In this document: positions 9,553-19,771 of the stretch, piece by piece
How positions within the stretch are numbered: the stretch's first letter is position 1
Layout: every line of letters begins with the position of its first letter
Source: an uncultured Candidatus Saccharibacteria bacterium
Lineage (GTDB): Bacteria > Patescibacteriota > Minisyncoccia > Phycocordibacterales > UBA1006
DNA length: 64,000 bases
Direction: 5' to 3'
NCBI GenBank assembly: GCA_964350165.1
Contig: CAYGJA010000001.1
Coordinates: forward strand, 86,823 to 150,822
The notes under the pieces: model-generated
What the model was told of the DNA's origin: nothing
Databases searched by the model: none
Seen by the model: only the letters and a program-made list of their open reading frames with translations
Program-made: the position numbers and the translations under genes

Positions 9553-10890
9553 TTATTGGCTTAATGCCGAGATGGCGTTATTGATTCTAAGCAATGACTC
9601 ATCTTTTCCTAAAAGATAAAGAAGTGCAAAAGGGTCAGGAGACTTTTCCTTACCAGACAAGGCGTAGCGTAATGGCCACAACACATCACCCACACCCTGC
9701 TCTTGAGCATAAGGCCAAACCGCCTCTTTTAAATTATCAGCGCTTTCCCAGTCGCTAATTCCTGAAATCAGCTCAGAAACATATTTTAAATTGGCTAGAC
9801 TTTTTTGTTTGTCACTTTTTTTCCAGATAATCTTTTCTGGCTCTGAATACCCCGGGGCTTTGAATACGTAATCATACTCACCAGCCTCTATTTCATCTTT
9901 TAGCTCACCAAAAACATACGTTCGCTCTCTTATTATTGGCAACAACTTGGTCAAATTTTTGTCCGCCAAAACACCCAAAAAAGGTCTTGCTTGTTCGATA
10001 AATTCTGAATCTGAAAGCTTGAGTAAATGTTCCCGATTTAGCCAACGTAATTTTTCAATATTAAAACCAGCTGGGCCCTTCTGTACTTTAGCCAGGTCGA
10101 ATTTAGAAATAATCTCATCAATAGAATAGACCTCTTCTTCCCCGCCAGGATTCCAGCCAATAAATGCCAAAAAATTTATCATTGCTTCTGGTAAATAACC
10201 CTTTTTTTGATAGTCCAAAATAGCAACATCTCCATCTCGCTTGCTTAGCTTTTTTTTACCATCAGCTCCAAGAATAAAAGGAATATGCGAATATTCTGGC
10301 TGTGACAAACCGAGAGCCTTAATAAGGAGTATCTGTCGCGGTGTGTTGGCAATATGTTCCTGAGCTCGTATCACATGGGTTATACCCTCGTCACTATCAT
10401 CGATAACCACCGCCAAATGATAAAGCGGAGACATCATGTTACGAGCAATTACAAAATCCCCTAAATCAGTAGTATCAAAAGAAACTTCTCCGAGCACTCC
10501 GTCCTTGAAAGTTACGGTTTCTCCGGGATTGCGAAAGCGAATTACTTTCCCCTCCCCTTCTTTTGAATCTTCGGCTTCATAGGCAAAATCTTTTTCTAAC
10601 AAATCAGCAATGGCAGACTGATGTCTTTTTAAGTTTTCAGACTGACGATAAAAATCATCTATGTGAATACCGAGCCAAGCCAAAGCTTCTTTTATCTCGT
10701 CTTCGTATTCTCTGCGGCTGCGCTCCTTGTCGGTGTCTTCGCTCCGCAAGATAAATTTGCCTTTATGATGACGAGCAAAAAAATAATTAAACAGCAAAGT
10801 TCTCATGCTTCCCACATGAAAAGATCCTGTTGGCGAAGGGGCCATTCTGGTTACAACTTGGCCTGTATTATTGTTTAAATTATCGTTCAT
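9553..10890 (-). CDS. gltX: Glutamyl-tRNA synthetase
   Basis: The segment GQVVTRMAPSPTGSFHVGSMRTLLFNYFFAR corresponds to the class I HIGH region of GluRS, with M replacing the conserved F. The start is taken at the MNDNL Met (10890), which avoids overlap with murG; the ORF track extends to 10923. Confidence 0.85.
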   Translation of the reverse strand: MNDNLNNNTGQVVTRMAPSPTGSFHVGSMRTLLFNYFFARHHKGKFILRSEDTDKERSRREYEDEIKEALAWLGIHIDDFYRQSENLKRHQSAIADLLEKDFAYEAEDSKEGEGKVIRFRNPGETVTFKDGVLGEVSFDTTDLGDFVIARNMMSPLYHLAVVIDDSDEGITHVIRAQEHIANTPRQILLIKALGLSQPEYSHIPFILGADGKKKLSKRDGDVAILDYQKKGYLPEAMINFLAFIGWNPGGEEEVYSIDEIISKFDLAKVQKGPAGFNIEKLRWLNREHLLKLSDSEFIEQARPFLGVLADKNLTKLLPIIRERTYVFGELKDEIEAGEYDYVFKAPGYSEPEKIIWKKSDKQKSLANLKYVSELISGISDWESADNLKEAVWPYAQEQGVGDVLWPLRYALSGKEKSPDPFALLYLLGKDESLLRINNAISALSQ

Positions 10891-12007
10891 GAGAAAGTGT
10901 AATGGCAAGGATTTCTTCGGCAATTATTCGCGCCGCTCCTGGTTGATAGAAATTTCCAGCTGCAGCCCGCATGTCACCATAGAGGGCTTCATTCTGCATG
11001 ATTCGGTCTATTTCTGCAACCAAAATATGTGGTGTGAGGTTTTGTTCTTCGATTACTTGCCCAGCTCCGGTGCGAGCATAGTTATAGGCATTTTTGCGTT
11101 GATGATCTCCGTTTGATTTGGTGATAGGAATGGCAATAGCCGGCACCCCCCAAGCTGCAAATTCGAATAAACTAGAACCCGCTCTAGTGATTACCAACTT
11201 TGCCACTCCGCCAATCATCTGATATGCCAAAGGCTCCAAAAAAGGATAGGGATGATACCGACGAGCATACTCACTGCTTCCAAGCACTAATTCGGCTGTT
11301 TCCTTTACGGAATTAAAATGCTCTGAACCCGTCTGGTGAATTACTTGATACTTCTCGATCAGCTGTGGAAGAACCCCAATGATTGCTTCGTTAATTATTT
11401 TTGCTCCTTGAGAGCCACCAAAAATAGCAATTACGGGTGTTTCTTTTTCCAAGCCCATGTAGTCAAAACCAGCACCCCGAATAGGAGTGGCTACGTCAGT
11501 ACGAATAGGCTGCCCGGTATAAGCGGTTTTTTCTTTTGGGAAAAATGCAGTTGTTTCTTTGTATGAGATAGCTATGCGATACGCCATTTTTGCAACAAGC
11601 TTGTTGGCTCGACCCGGCACAGAATCAGATTCATGGATAATAATGGGAATACGAAGAATATAAGCAGCGACAATGGTAGGAAAACTAGCAAACCCTCCCT
11701 TGGCAAACACAACGTCTGGAAAAATAAGGAATAATTTCCAAAGAGCCTGGAAAACACCAATACAGACTTTGAAAATATCAAAAAAATTTTGAACTGATGC
11801 ATACAAACGCATCTTGCCCGCCATCACTGACCGAAATTCAATGCCCAACTCGTCAAGGTCTGTTTGGTTGTAGGGATTATTTGAAAAATAATAAAGACGG
11901 ACCTCCGCAAAAGCTTTATCTTTTGTAACTTCTCGAAGCGCTTCTGCCACCGCAATTAACGGATAAAAATGCCCCCCTGTTCCTCCTCCAGCAAATACTA
12001 CTTTCAT
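10880..12007 (-). CDS. murG: UDP-GlcNAc:undecaprenyl-PP-MurNAc-pentapeptide GlcNAc transferase
   Basis: MKVVFAGGGTGGHFYPLIAVAEAL matches the MurG N-terminal glycine-rich motif, and the gene sits in a dcw-like context. Confidence 0.85.
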   Translation of the reverse strand: MKVVFAGGGTGGHFYPLIAVAEALREVTKDKAFAEVRLYYFSNNPYNQTDLDELGIEFRSVMAGKMRLYASVQNFFDIFKVCIGVFQALWKLFLIFPDVVFAKGGFASFPTIVAAYILRIPIIIHESDSVPGRANKLVAKMAYRIAISYKETTAFFPKEKTAYTGQPIRTDVATPIRGAGFDYMGLEKETPVIAIFGGSQGAKIINEAIIGVLPQLIEKYQVIHQTGSEHFNSVKETAELVLGSSEYARRYHPYPFLEPLAYQMIGGVAKLVITRAGSSLFEFAAWGVPAIAIPITKSNGDHQRKNAYNYARTGAGQVIEEQNLTPHILVAEIDRIMQNEALYGDMRAAAGNFYQPGAARIIAEEILAITLSHER

Positions 12008-13182
12008 GACACTTCGCTATCTTTAGCTTTTTTCATCATACCACCAAGATGTTTGCTCGCATAACTATTGTCTCGCTGATAGCGAGACACCTGCAAGACA
12101 ATCCCAACCATGGAAAGAGTTATAAGGAGAGATGTTCCTCCATGACTAACAAAAGAAAGAGGTAGTCCGGTAAGCGGCATAAGTCCTAAGATCGAAGCGA
12201 TATTCACAAAAGCTTGCGACACAATCAAGATTACAATTCCAGCCACCAGAAGTCGCGTAAATTGATTTGGAGCCCTCGTTGCAATATAAAAACCACGCCA
12301 CAAAAACAAAAGAAAAAGGATGATCAAAACAACCGCCCCAACAAAACCAAGCTCTTCGGCCACCACAGCAAAAATAGAATCGCCAACTGGTTCAGGTAAA
12401 TATTGAAATTTTTGGCCACTGCGACCATAGCCACGACCCAAAAACTCTCCAGATCCCACCGTAATCAAAGACTGTCTGATCTGATAAGAAGAACCTGTTG
12501 GATCACGAGCCGGATCACTAAAAGTAAGGATACGATCAAGCAAATAAGGTCGCACAGCGATTAACGCCCCCAAACCCAACACCATAACAACACCAATGGT
12601 CCACATATGTCGGAAAGGGGCCCCAGCGAGCAAATACATACCAACTAGCGATGCCGCTATCACTAGAAATGTCCCCGTATCTGGTTGCACGAGCAATGCA
12701 ATCGCCGGCACCACAATAAATAAAAACAACGCCACCAAACCAAAACGTGGAGCTACTATTTTTTTACCAACAAAAGAAAGAAAAGCGGCCCAATACATGA
12801 CCATGGCAAATTTGAGAAGTTCGGCCGGCTGCAGTGTGGCAAAACCTAGACTAATCCAACGGCGCGCTCCACCATGAGAAAAACCAAGCCCGGGCACAAA
12901 CACCAAAAACGTAGCCAAAAGAGCAGTGATTGCGATGGGTAGAGCGTATTTTTCCCAAAATCGAAAAGGAATTCTGGCAAACAAAAAGGCTGCCCCCACC
13001 CCACCCACCAGAGCAAAGCCCAGCTGACTGATAATCATTCTCTGAAACAAGCTACTGTCTTTTGGGAGGACACTCAATGCCGCTGAGATAAAAACAAAAA
13101 TGCCTGACAAAACAAGCGCCCCCACGATTCCAAGCATGATGGGGTCCATCTGGTATTTTGTTTTTTTGGTTAAGGTCGACAT
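12004..13182 (-). CDS. ftsW: SEDS-family peptidoglycan polymerase FtsW/RodA
   Basis: 392 aa with about 10 TM helices, located between mraY and murG. Overlaps murG by 4 nt. Confidence 0.8.
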   Translation of the reverse strand: MSTLTKKTKYQMDPIMLGIVGALVLSGIFVFISAALSVLPKDSSLFQRMIISQLGFALVGGVGAAFLFARIPFRFWEKYALPIAITALLATFLVFVPGLGFSHGGARRWISLGFATLQPAELLKFAMVMYWAAFLSFVGKKIVAPRFGLVALFLFIVVPAIALLVQPDTGTFLVIAASLVGMYLLAGAPFRHMWTIGVVMVLGLGALIAVRPYLLDRILTFSDPARDPTGSSYQIRQSLITVGSGEFLGRGYGRSGQKFQYLPEPVGDSIFAVVAEELGFVGAVVLIILFLLFLWRGFYIATRAPNQFTRLLVAGIVILIVSQAFVNIASILGLMPLTGLPLSFVSHGGTSLLITLSMVGIVLQVSRYQRDNSYASKHLGGMMKKAKDSEVS

Positions 13183-13197
13183 GTCTTGTTTATTCTC

Positions 13198-14277
13198 CTA
13201 ACCAATCACAGAAATAATTATCCCAATAAAAGCCATGACCACAGAAGCCACCCAGTAACGCATAGTTACCTTATGAGAAGGCCAACCTAAAGCCTGGAAA
13301 TGATGATGTAATGGGGCCACCTTAAAAATACGCTTTCCTTTTCTAAATTTTTTAGACAAGATTTGTAAAAACGAAGACAAAGAAGTTGCAACCAAAGGCA
13401 AACCAATAATTGGCAAAAGCAGTGCCGAATGCGTAAGAAAGGCAATCAAAGCCAAGGCCAGTGTCAAACCAAGCATCCCAGTCTCCCCCATCCAAAAACG
13501 AGCCGGCGGAATATTGAACCAAAGAAATACCAACAAGGCGCCCACAATCACGGCACAGAGTGTGGCCATGTCTATCTGATTCTGAATAAAAGCAATCAAC
13601 CCATATGCACCAAACACAGAGATCAGCACCCCTCCGGAAAGCCCGTCGATACCATCAATTACACGGCTTGAAAAAGTAGCCAAAATAACCAACACAAAAA
13701 AAGGTATGAACCACAGCCCAATCTGAACATCTCCCACAAAAGGTACATTAATCATCGAGACATCAAGCTTGAAGTAGAACCAAAAAGCAAAGAGAATCCC
13801 AATCAAGGCAACAGCGTATACGCGTGCCATACGTGGTAAACCATGCGCAATCAAACCCATCTTGGCGGGGAAAATTTCCAACAAATCTTCTGCCAGTCCA
13901 AGCACCCCCCCAACAACCAAGGCCAGAATGGGTAGCAATGTTTGATTCCTGCTAAAAAAATTAAGCTCCTGCAAAAAATCGGTTGAAAAGAATTCTGCCA
14001 ACAAAAAGATAACCATCATGGTTAACAAAATTGTTACCCAAATGATCACCCCTCCCACTCTAGGAGTAGAAAGCTCAGTTTCTTTGTCATGCAGGGACTT
14101 GTATTCTGCGGTGATTGTTGGGTTCGTGCCCTCGTCAGTTCGAGCAACTCGTTTCCATAATTTATATTTATAAAAGAAATCAGTAAATCTTGGCGTAATC
14201 GCTATTCCAATCAAAACAGCAATCAGGGCTGGTAAAAAAATTTTGAGAACATTAAAAGTCATGGGGTTATTATACAA
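13198..14277 (-). CDS. mraY: Phospho-N-acetylmuramoyl-pentapeptide transferase (MraY/WecA superfamily, likely MraY)
   Basis: Polytopic membrane protein with a VIDGIDGLSGG (DGxDGL) motif; the MraY call rests on dcw synteny upstream of ftsW-murG. Confidence 0.7.
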   Translation of the reverse strand: MYNNPMTFNVLKIFLPALIAVLIGIAITPRFTDFFYKYKLWKRVARTDEGTNPTITAEYKSLHDKETELSTPRVGGVIIWVTILLTMMVIFLLAEFFSTDFLQELNFFSRNQTLLPILALVVGGVLGLAEDLLEIFPAKMGLIAHGLPRMARVYAVALIGILFAFWFYFKLDVSMINVPFVGDVQIGLWFIPFFVLVILATFSSRVIDGIDGLSGGVLISVFGAYGLIAFIQNQIDMATLCAVIVGALLVFLWFNIPPARFWMGETGMLGLTLALALIAFLTHSALLLPIIGLPLVATSLSSFLQILSKKFRKGKRIFKVAPLHHHFQALGWPSHKVTMRYWVASVVMAFIGIIISVIG

Positions 14278-14282
14278 AATAA

Positions 14283-15320
14283 CTAAAAGTTAAATTGCAG
14301 CCACTGCTCTAACGCATCCAAAATAATCTGAGCGTCCACAAAACGACCATCATAAGTAGAGCCCATAACTACAATTGCGACTTGTTTTCCTTCACCGAGA
14401 TCGGCCACCAGTGCCAAATTTCCTCCTGCCAAATCAGTAAAACCAGTCTTGGAAAAAATAATATTTTTATCTTTTTGCAGTAATGGATTCGTGTTTTTTA
14501 TTACTATCTCTTTGTCACCAAAATTATAAGTAGCACTTGGTTTGACTGATTCACGAGCAATCTCTGGATACAGATCCATGACCCACCACAAAAGTTTTGC
14601 AACATCTGCGGGACTACCATAAGACCCACTGAGCCGTTCGCTTTCATCAAAACCAACCGCATCTACAAAAAAAGAATGCTCCAGTCCAATAGTTCGCGCT
14701 CGGTCATTCATCGCTCGCACAAAAGTATTAACCACGGTTGTTTCGTCGGCGCTATTCTTACCAACGAGAGCGCTCGATACTGATTCTTGTACGGCATAAG
14801 CCATATCATTCGAAGAGCTTTGCATCAAAAAACTAATTGCTTGCTTTAATGGAACTCGCATCCCAACGGCTAGCTGTTGATCTCCTTCTTGATCAATAGC
14901 GTCTTGGGAAACAAAAACAGTCTCAACCAGATCTGCGTTTTCCATGGCAGTAATTGCGGTCATTGTTTTTGTAAGTGAGGCCAACGGTCTCTCTGTCTGC
15001 CCCTCTCGCTCAAACAAAACACGCTCCCCTTCACTGTCTCGATATTCGACATACATCGAAGAAGAGAGCAAGCCATCTTCATTAAAATAACGGTCAAGTG
15101 ACGTCAAAAAAATCTTTTCCGTGGTCGTACTTGTTTTTAATAATTCAATTTCTGAGTCGGCCAACATGTCTTGGGCGCCCAAAACCTCCCCAGAGCCTGC
15201 CTCTTCTTTTCTTTCAGCCAAAAAAGGATCTTGTGGTGAGGCAACCTCCACCACAACAACACCCATAACAACAATCACAAGCAGGCTCAAAATTATGTAT
15301 TTGGTTCGCTCAAAATCCAT
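14283..15320 (-). CDS. D-alanyl-D-alanine carboxypeptidase (PBP5/6-like, S11)
   Basis: SxxK (SLTK), SxN (SSND) and KTG motifs in the expected order, with an N-terminal TM. The start is taken at the MDFERTKYIIL Met. Confidence 0.75.
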   Translation of the reverse strand: MDFERTKYIILSLLVIVVMGVVVVEVASPQDPFLAERKEEAGSGEVLGAQDMLADSEIELLKTSTTTEKIFLTSLDRYFNEDGLLSSSMYVEYRDSEGERVLFEREGQTERPLASLTKTMTAITAMENADLVETVFVSQDAIDQEGDQQLAVGMRVPLKQAISFLMQSSSNDMAYAVQESVSSALVGKNSADETTVVNTFVRAMNDRARTIGLEHSFFVDAVGFDESERLSGSYGSPADVAKLLWWVMDLYPEIARESVKPSATYNFGDKEIVIKNTNPLLQKDKNIIFSKTGFTDLAGGNLALVADLGEGKQVAIVVMGSTYDGRFVDAQIILDALEQWLQFNF

Positions 15321-15325
15321 CTGGC

Positions 15326-15889
15326 TTACTCTACCATATCCACCGTTTGTCCGTGAAGTTGTTCGCGCAAAGTGGCGTGAACAGATTCCCAATCGGGTAA
15401 TTCTTGAACTCTCTGTATTCCCAAATTAGCCAGGGCCTCGATCGTAGGCTGATACACTTTGGCTGAAGACATTTGCAACATGCCTCGTATCGATAGTTTT
15501 CTCAAAGTAAAATAACTATTTACTCCACGAACAAAATCAATCTCTGCCTTGTTTGCCCCGTCCAGATAGCAAATAGTAGCCAATGTTTCCAATGCAGCAG
15601 AAGAAAGCGGGGTCACCTGTTCTAGGGCTTGCCACTCAGCTGCCAATTCAGAAAATTCAGGAGCAACCGCTAACTGCAAGCTGTTTTCATCAGACAAGAT
15701 AACTAGACCAAGCTCTCGCAATTTTGTTCGAGCCTCAGCCAGAGCAAGGGGAAAAATATCAGCACCAAATTGCTCTTCCAGCACACTCATTTTTATTTCA
15801 TCGCCGGCCGTAAACAAGATACTCACCAAAGCAGCTATTGCTCGCTCATTTGAAGTAATTGGTTCCCATTCTTCATTCATGTCTTCCAT
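15326..15889 (-). CDS. scpB: Segregation and condensation protein B
   Basis: 187 aa tandem-winged-helix pattern immediately downstream of scpA. Confidence 0.7.
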   Translation of the reverse strand: MEDMNEEWEPITSNERAIAALVSILFTAGDEIKMSVLEEQFGADIFPLALAEARTKLRELGLVILSDENSLQLAVAPEFSELAAEWQALEQVTPLSSAALETLATICYLDGANKAEIDFVRGVNSYFTLRKLSIRGMLQMSSAKVYQPTIEALANLGIQRVQELPDWESVHATLREQLHGQTVDMVE

Positions 15890-15893
15890 AGTA

Positions 15894-16673
15894 TCAGGAA
15901 TCTAGTCGCGTAATAATAATTTCTGAAAAAATACCAACCTGCTCGCAGCTAGCGTCTTTCTGCTTAATCATCTCCAAGGCCGCCAAAAAACTACCGATCG
16001 GAGCGTCTTTGGGGTCGTAATCTTCTTCTTGTTCAGCCGAAGAGCCACCAAAACCGAGAGAATTTACAATATCAGACAAACGAAGACGCACCCCAGGCCT
16101 AGTAAGTCTTTCTTTGATTGCCCCCATAATAGAAGCCAGCGCCATTCTTGGGCGGATGGTCTTGGTTGCTTCTTTTTTAATTGTCTGCGTCATTTCTTTG
16201 GCAATTTCGAGCAGTGGTTTTATTTTTTGCAATAACACGTATGCAGACAGAGTCGCCTCTGGAACGTAACCAGTAACTGCCTTGATCACCGGCTTTCGGG
16301 TTAAAAAAGGATGCGGGTCATTTGCACTAATTTTGGGCAATTGTTCCTGAATCAATGCGTACAATTTTACTCGGTCAACCAACTGCACCAAGGCTCCCTC
16401 TGCCTCATCATCCGCATCAACCTCTGGAAACAGGGCCTTGGACTTTACATACACCAACGTGGCCGCCACATTAAGGAAATGCGTAGCATGATGCAGGCTC
16501 ATATCTGACATCGACCGAAAATGTTCAAGGAAACTATCCGCCACCGAAGCCAGACCCACTTCGTTGATGTGTAAACGACGCTTGCGTACTAGTTGCAACA
16601 AGAGCTCTATGGGGCCAACAAAATTTTCTGAAGCAAAGTGAAATGACGAACTCATGCTCCCATTATCCCCCAC
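15894..16673 (-). CDS. scpA: Segregation and condensation protein A (kleisin)
   Basis: N-terminal FVGPIELLLQLVRKRRLHINEV matches the ScpA consensus. Confidence 0.8.
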   Translation of the reverse strand: MGDNGSMSSSFHFASENFVGPIELLLQLVRKRRLHINEVGLASVADSFLEHFRSMSDMSLHHATHFLNVAATLVYVKSKALFPEVDADDEAEGALVQLVDRVKLYALIQEQLPKISANDPHPFLTRKPVIKAVTGYVPEATLSAYVLLQKIKPLLEIAKEMTQTIKKEATKTIRPRMALASIMGAIKERLTRPGVRLRLSDIVNSLGFGGSSAEQEEDYDPKDAPIGSFLAALEMIKQKDASCEQVGIFSEIIITRLDS

Positions 16674-16705
16674 CCTGACCTTTTTTCAAAACAAACACCA
16701 CCAAC

Positions 16706-16734
16706 TTGACAGTAATCATATTAAAAAATAAACT
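16706..16734 (+). promoter_or_regulatory. Sigma70-like promoter TTGACA-17-TAAACT
   Basis: Read directly from the sequence. It lies about 10 nt upstream of the 26-codon ORF at 16745. Confidence 0.4.
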
Positions 16735-16744
16735 AAGCTCGTTT

Positions 16745-16825
16745 ATGAAAAATTTTTGGTCAATTTTCTACATTATTTTTGCTCTCGTCCTCATGGGTCG
16801 GGCTGGTTCTAATGTTGTAGAATAA
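16745..16825 (+). CDS. Candidate 26-aa hydrophobic peptide (MKNFWSIFYIIFALVLMGRAGSNVVE)
   Basis: ATG-initiated ORF framed by a promoter and an intrinsic terminator, forming a stand-alone unit. It is below the ORF-track length cutoff and has no obvious SD. Confidence 0.3.
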   Translation: MKNFWSIFYIIFALVLMGRAGSNVVE

Positions 16826-16857
16826 ATAGATCAAATACTATCCAATCTCCAAATTAG

Positions 16858-16895
16858 AAACCGGCCTCTCCCCAGAGGTCGGTTTTTGCTTTGGA
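16858..16895 (+). terminator. Intrinsic terminator
   Basis: accggcctct-cccc-agaggtcggt followed by ttttgcttt. Confidence 0.55.
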
Positions 16896-16950
16896 ATTCA
16901 AAGCAAAATAGTTCTTTAAAATCAAAAATACAAAAAAACCGCGGGCCACG

Positions 16951-18192
16951 GTGACGGCCACTATTATTATGGAAAAGATTCTACGTTTACTAGATCCGGC
17001 CATGAACGGCCAGTCATTGTTTGTTGTGGGTTTTGATGGCCAAAATCCTTGGCATGCAACCGTTGATCCCATAACCCCGCATGATATTTTGTTGTTAACC
17101 CAGGGGTTTCAGCAGCAGATTATTGCTACGCCTCATATTGGAAGACACTGGGCGAGCAACTCAGCCTATCCGCTCGCTGGTGTAAAAATTTATGACTTCA
17201 CTGGGAATATGGCTGACGCAGACAAAGAAGATCAACCAGAGTTTGCAACCTTTAATGGTGAAACCATTCGGGTCACAGACCAGAAGCGAGTACTCAGCCC
17301 TTACCTGGAAATTAGAAAAAATGTGCTTATAGTGAGACAGCACGCTCAACTTTATGTTTCTAGTGCACATCATCGTGCCAAAAAGAAGCTTTTCCCTGAA
17401 GCAATTCATCTTGATACAGAGCTCTATGCTCATTCGGTAGCCGAAAAAGTTATTGGAGTTTTATGGAAGAATCAAGAATATCTTCTGCAGGGTTATGAGC
17501 AATCTATCTTTCCCCGCTGGGTTGAGGCTGATGGCACGGTGCGTCATGTTCGTGTCGACGACACAGCAACTCCAGCCAATTTGTTTCGGTTGAAAGAATC
17601 TCATAATGAAATGATACTTCATGACTCGAAGCGGTCTGAAGAAGGGCCACTCGTGATTAAGGAGGTTCTCATCCTTCTTGACGTTGTCCGTCAGATTTAC
17701 GACTCGGGCTTGATCAACAGAAGAGTCGCTGATGTATATCACGTCAGTGGTATCAGCATGCTCAGTTACTGCAAAGACAAGTCATTGAGAGCAGTTCTCG
17801 ATCGAGGGTATAAAATACTCCGCCGAAACTTCCCTGAACTGCCAGAGCATGTGAGGTTGTCTCTACTACCAGGCTCATTGTTTGGGATGCTCCCTACAAA
17901 AATGGACCCGGCGGACTATGTGAACGCAATTCGAGAGGCACTGAGGCTAAAAGCAGAGATTAACCGTCTTGATGCCAGTATTTCTTCGAACCGCGTGGGG
18001 CGCGACGGCTTGATTGCTGAGAAAAAAACCAAGAGATTCGCGCTCATGAATACGTTAGGCAAAGCTAAAAAAGTCACGCGTCCACTCGTGTCCCAATATG
18101 ACGGCGACAGGGCACGGGTGGACGATGAAGCTTGGGAATTGGTCCAAGAGTTGTCGTTCCGTGATCTTCGCGAAATGGCAAAAAAACTATGA
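16951..18192 (+). CDS. Hypothetical protein (about 410 aa)
   Basis: Long ORF beginning with GTG at 16951, or with the ATG at 16969 (MEKILRL). No recognisable motifs. Confidence 0.5.
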   Translation: MTATIIMEKILRLLDPAMNGQSLFVVGFDGQNPWHATVDPITPHDILLLTQGFQQQIIATPHIGRHWASNSAYPLAGVKIYDFTGNMADADKEDQPEFATFNGETIRVTDQKRVLSPYLEIRKNVLIVRQHAQLYVSSAHHRAKKKLFPEAIHLDTELYAHSVAEKVIGVLWKNQEYLLQGYEQSIFPRWVEADGTVRHVRVDDTATPANLFRLKESHNEMILHDSKRSEEGPLVIKEVLILLDVVRQIYDSGLINRRVADVYHVSGISMLSYCKDKSLRAVLDRGYKILRRNFPELPEHVRLSLLPGSLFGMLPTKMDPADYVNAIREALRLKAEINRLDASISSNRVGRDGLIAEKKTKRFALMNTLGKAKKVTRPLVSQYDGDRARVDDEAWELVQELSFRDLREMAKKL

Positions 18193-18244
18193 GCGCTCGG
18201 TTCTTGCCGGGCTGCACCAAAACAGGTAGTCTGTACTTTATAGA

Positions 18245-19258
18245 TTGCCTGTTTTTATGTCTAAAAAATACACAATTATCGATGCGCATCAAGACTTAGC
18301 TTTTAATGCACTTAATATAACGGGCAAGGATTTTTTTGTACGTAGTAGTTTTGACAAGTCACATTTATTGTCTGGTCAGCGCCTCAATCAGTCTGATTAT
18401 GTCCGCATGGTTGAGGCGGGCTACAAAGTTGTTTTTGGAGTGGTTTTTCCTTTGGTATTCCAAAACGAGCAAATTAAACATGACCAAGACCTGTGTCGGC
18501 ATGAGGCTCTCGAGCAGTTAGCCTATTACAAGAGCCTTGAGGAGGAAGGCGTTCGCATCTTGCGTACGCAGTCAGATTTACAATACGTCATGGACAGCGA
18601 AGATGTTTTGGGAATATTTATCTTGATGGAAGATGCTATTGCGATTGATCCAGAGCTCAATAACTTACAAGAGTTTTATGACATGGGATTGCGAGCCATT
18701 GGCCCAGTATGGAATTGGGATAATCATTTTGGTGGAGGAACAGACACCGATAATGGACTAACAGAAGCCGGAAAGAATTTGCTATCTAAAATGACTGAAC
18801 TGGGTATGGCCTTGGACACTGCCCACATGAATCCAGTCATATTTGATGAAAGTTTACGGGAATTTTCTGGATCAATTTTCAATTCTCACACGGGAGCCTA
18901 CTCATTGAATCCTCATCGGCGCAATTTGAGAAATAGTCAATTGCAGACATTGGCTGATCGGGGCGGTGTTATTGGTGTTCCTTTTGTTCCAGAGTTTTTA
19001 CATCCCGACCAAAACCAAGCTAACATTCAAGATGTAATTGCACACATACAACATATCATTTCAACTGTCGGGACTGATCATGTCGCGCTGGGTTCAGACT
19101 TTGATGGGATGTCTTGGCCTAACTATTTGCCCCAGCTAAAGGATGTGGCAGATGTGCCTTTATTGTTAAGTCATTTAGAAAAATTGTACCAGCCTTTAGA
19201 CATAAAAAAAATATCACATACTAATTGGTTGACCTGGTTAAATAAAGTTCTTTTTTAA
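18245..19258 (+). CDS. Membrane dipeptidase, peptidase family M19 (renal dipeptidase-like)
   Basis: N-terminal IIDAHQDLAFN (the xIDxHxD motif) and HVALGSDFDG, the two characteristic M19 metal-binding segments. Confidence 0.7.
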   Translation: MPVFMSKKYTIIDAHQDLAFNALNITGKDFFVRSSFDKSHLLSGQRLNQSDYVRMVEAGYKVVFGVVFPLVFQNEQIKHDQDLCRHEALEQLAYYKSLEEEGVRILRTQSDLQYVMDSEDVLGIFILMEDAIAIDPELNNLQEFYDMGLRAIGPVWNWDNHFGGGTDTDNGLTEAGKNLLSKMTELGMALDTAHMNPVIFDESLREFSGSIFNSHTGAYSLNPHRRNLRNSQLQTLADRGGVIGVPFVPEFLHPDQNQANIQDVIAHIQHIISTVGTDHVALGSDFDGMSWPNYLPQLKDVADVPLLLSHLEKLYQPLDIKKISHTNWLTWLNKVLF

Positions 19259-19525
19259 ATCAAACGCAGTACTTTCAGATCAGAATAGCACTTAGACTAA
19301 AAAGCTGAACTCAACAACTCTACTAGATTCTCTCAAGCTTTTTGGCTATTTTTACAACTCTTTAATGCCTTCCCTCAATTCGGCAAATCTTGGCAACCAT
19401 TTTACTCATCGTGCTGGGAGCAGCTACGAACAAGCAAAAAAGACCATGGCGCAAATACTTGGCCAGAGTATGAATTATCTGGAGGCATAGTCTGCGTAAA
19501 TCCCAACGGACTGGAGGCAATAGTA

Positions 19526-19771
19526 ATGACCGATGGTCGCTATCCAACAGAAGAAGGTTACCAAATCAATGATTACATTACCGAGACTGAAACCGTCTTG
19601 TGGGGTGCTGCCATTACAGAATTTCCAGATACTGAAGAAATTGTAATCTCTACTGTCGGAGAATCCCTAGCTTTGCCACCCAAAAAACGCTTTTCCATTA
19701 GTGGAAAATGCGTTTGCCATGTTGTCATGGACCAAAAGTGGGACTCAAGCCAGAAGCACTATACAAGCTAG
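19526..19771 (+). CDS. Hypothetical small protein (81 aa)
   Basis: A GGAGG lies 9 nt upstream of the ATG, and the ORF fills the gap between convergent peptidase genes. No homology recognised. Confidence 0.25.
   Translation: MTDGRYPTEEGYQINDYITETETVLWGAAITEFPDTEEIVISTVGESLALPPKKRFSISGKCVCHVVMDQKWDSSQKHYTS

Noticed and set aside
16854-17072. 72-aa minus-strand ORF overlapping the terminator and the start of the 16951 gene
   Set aside because: It overlaps a clear + strand terminator and a neighbouring gene start, with no promoter or SD. Judged spurious.
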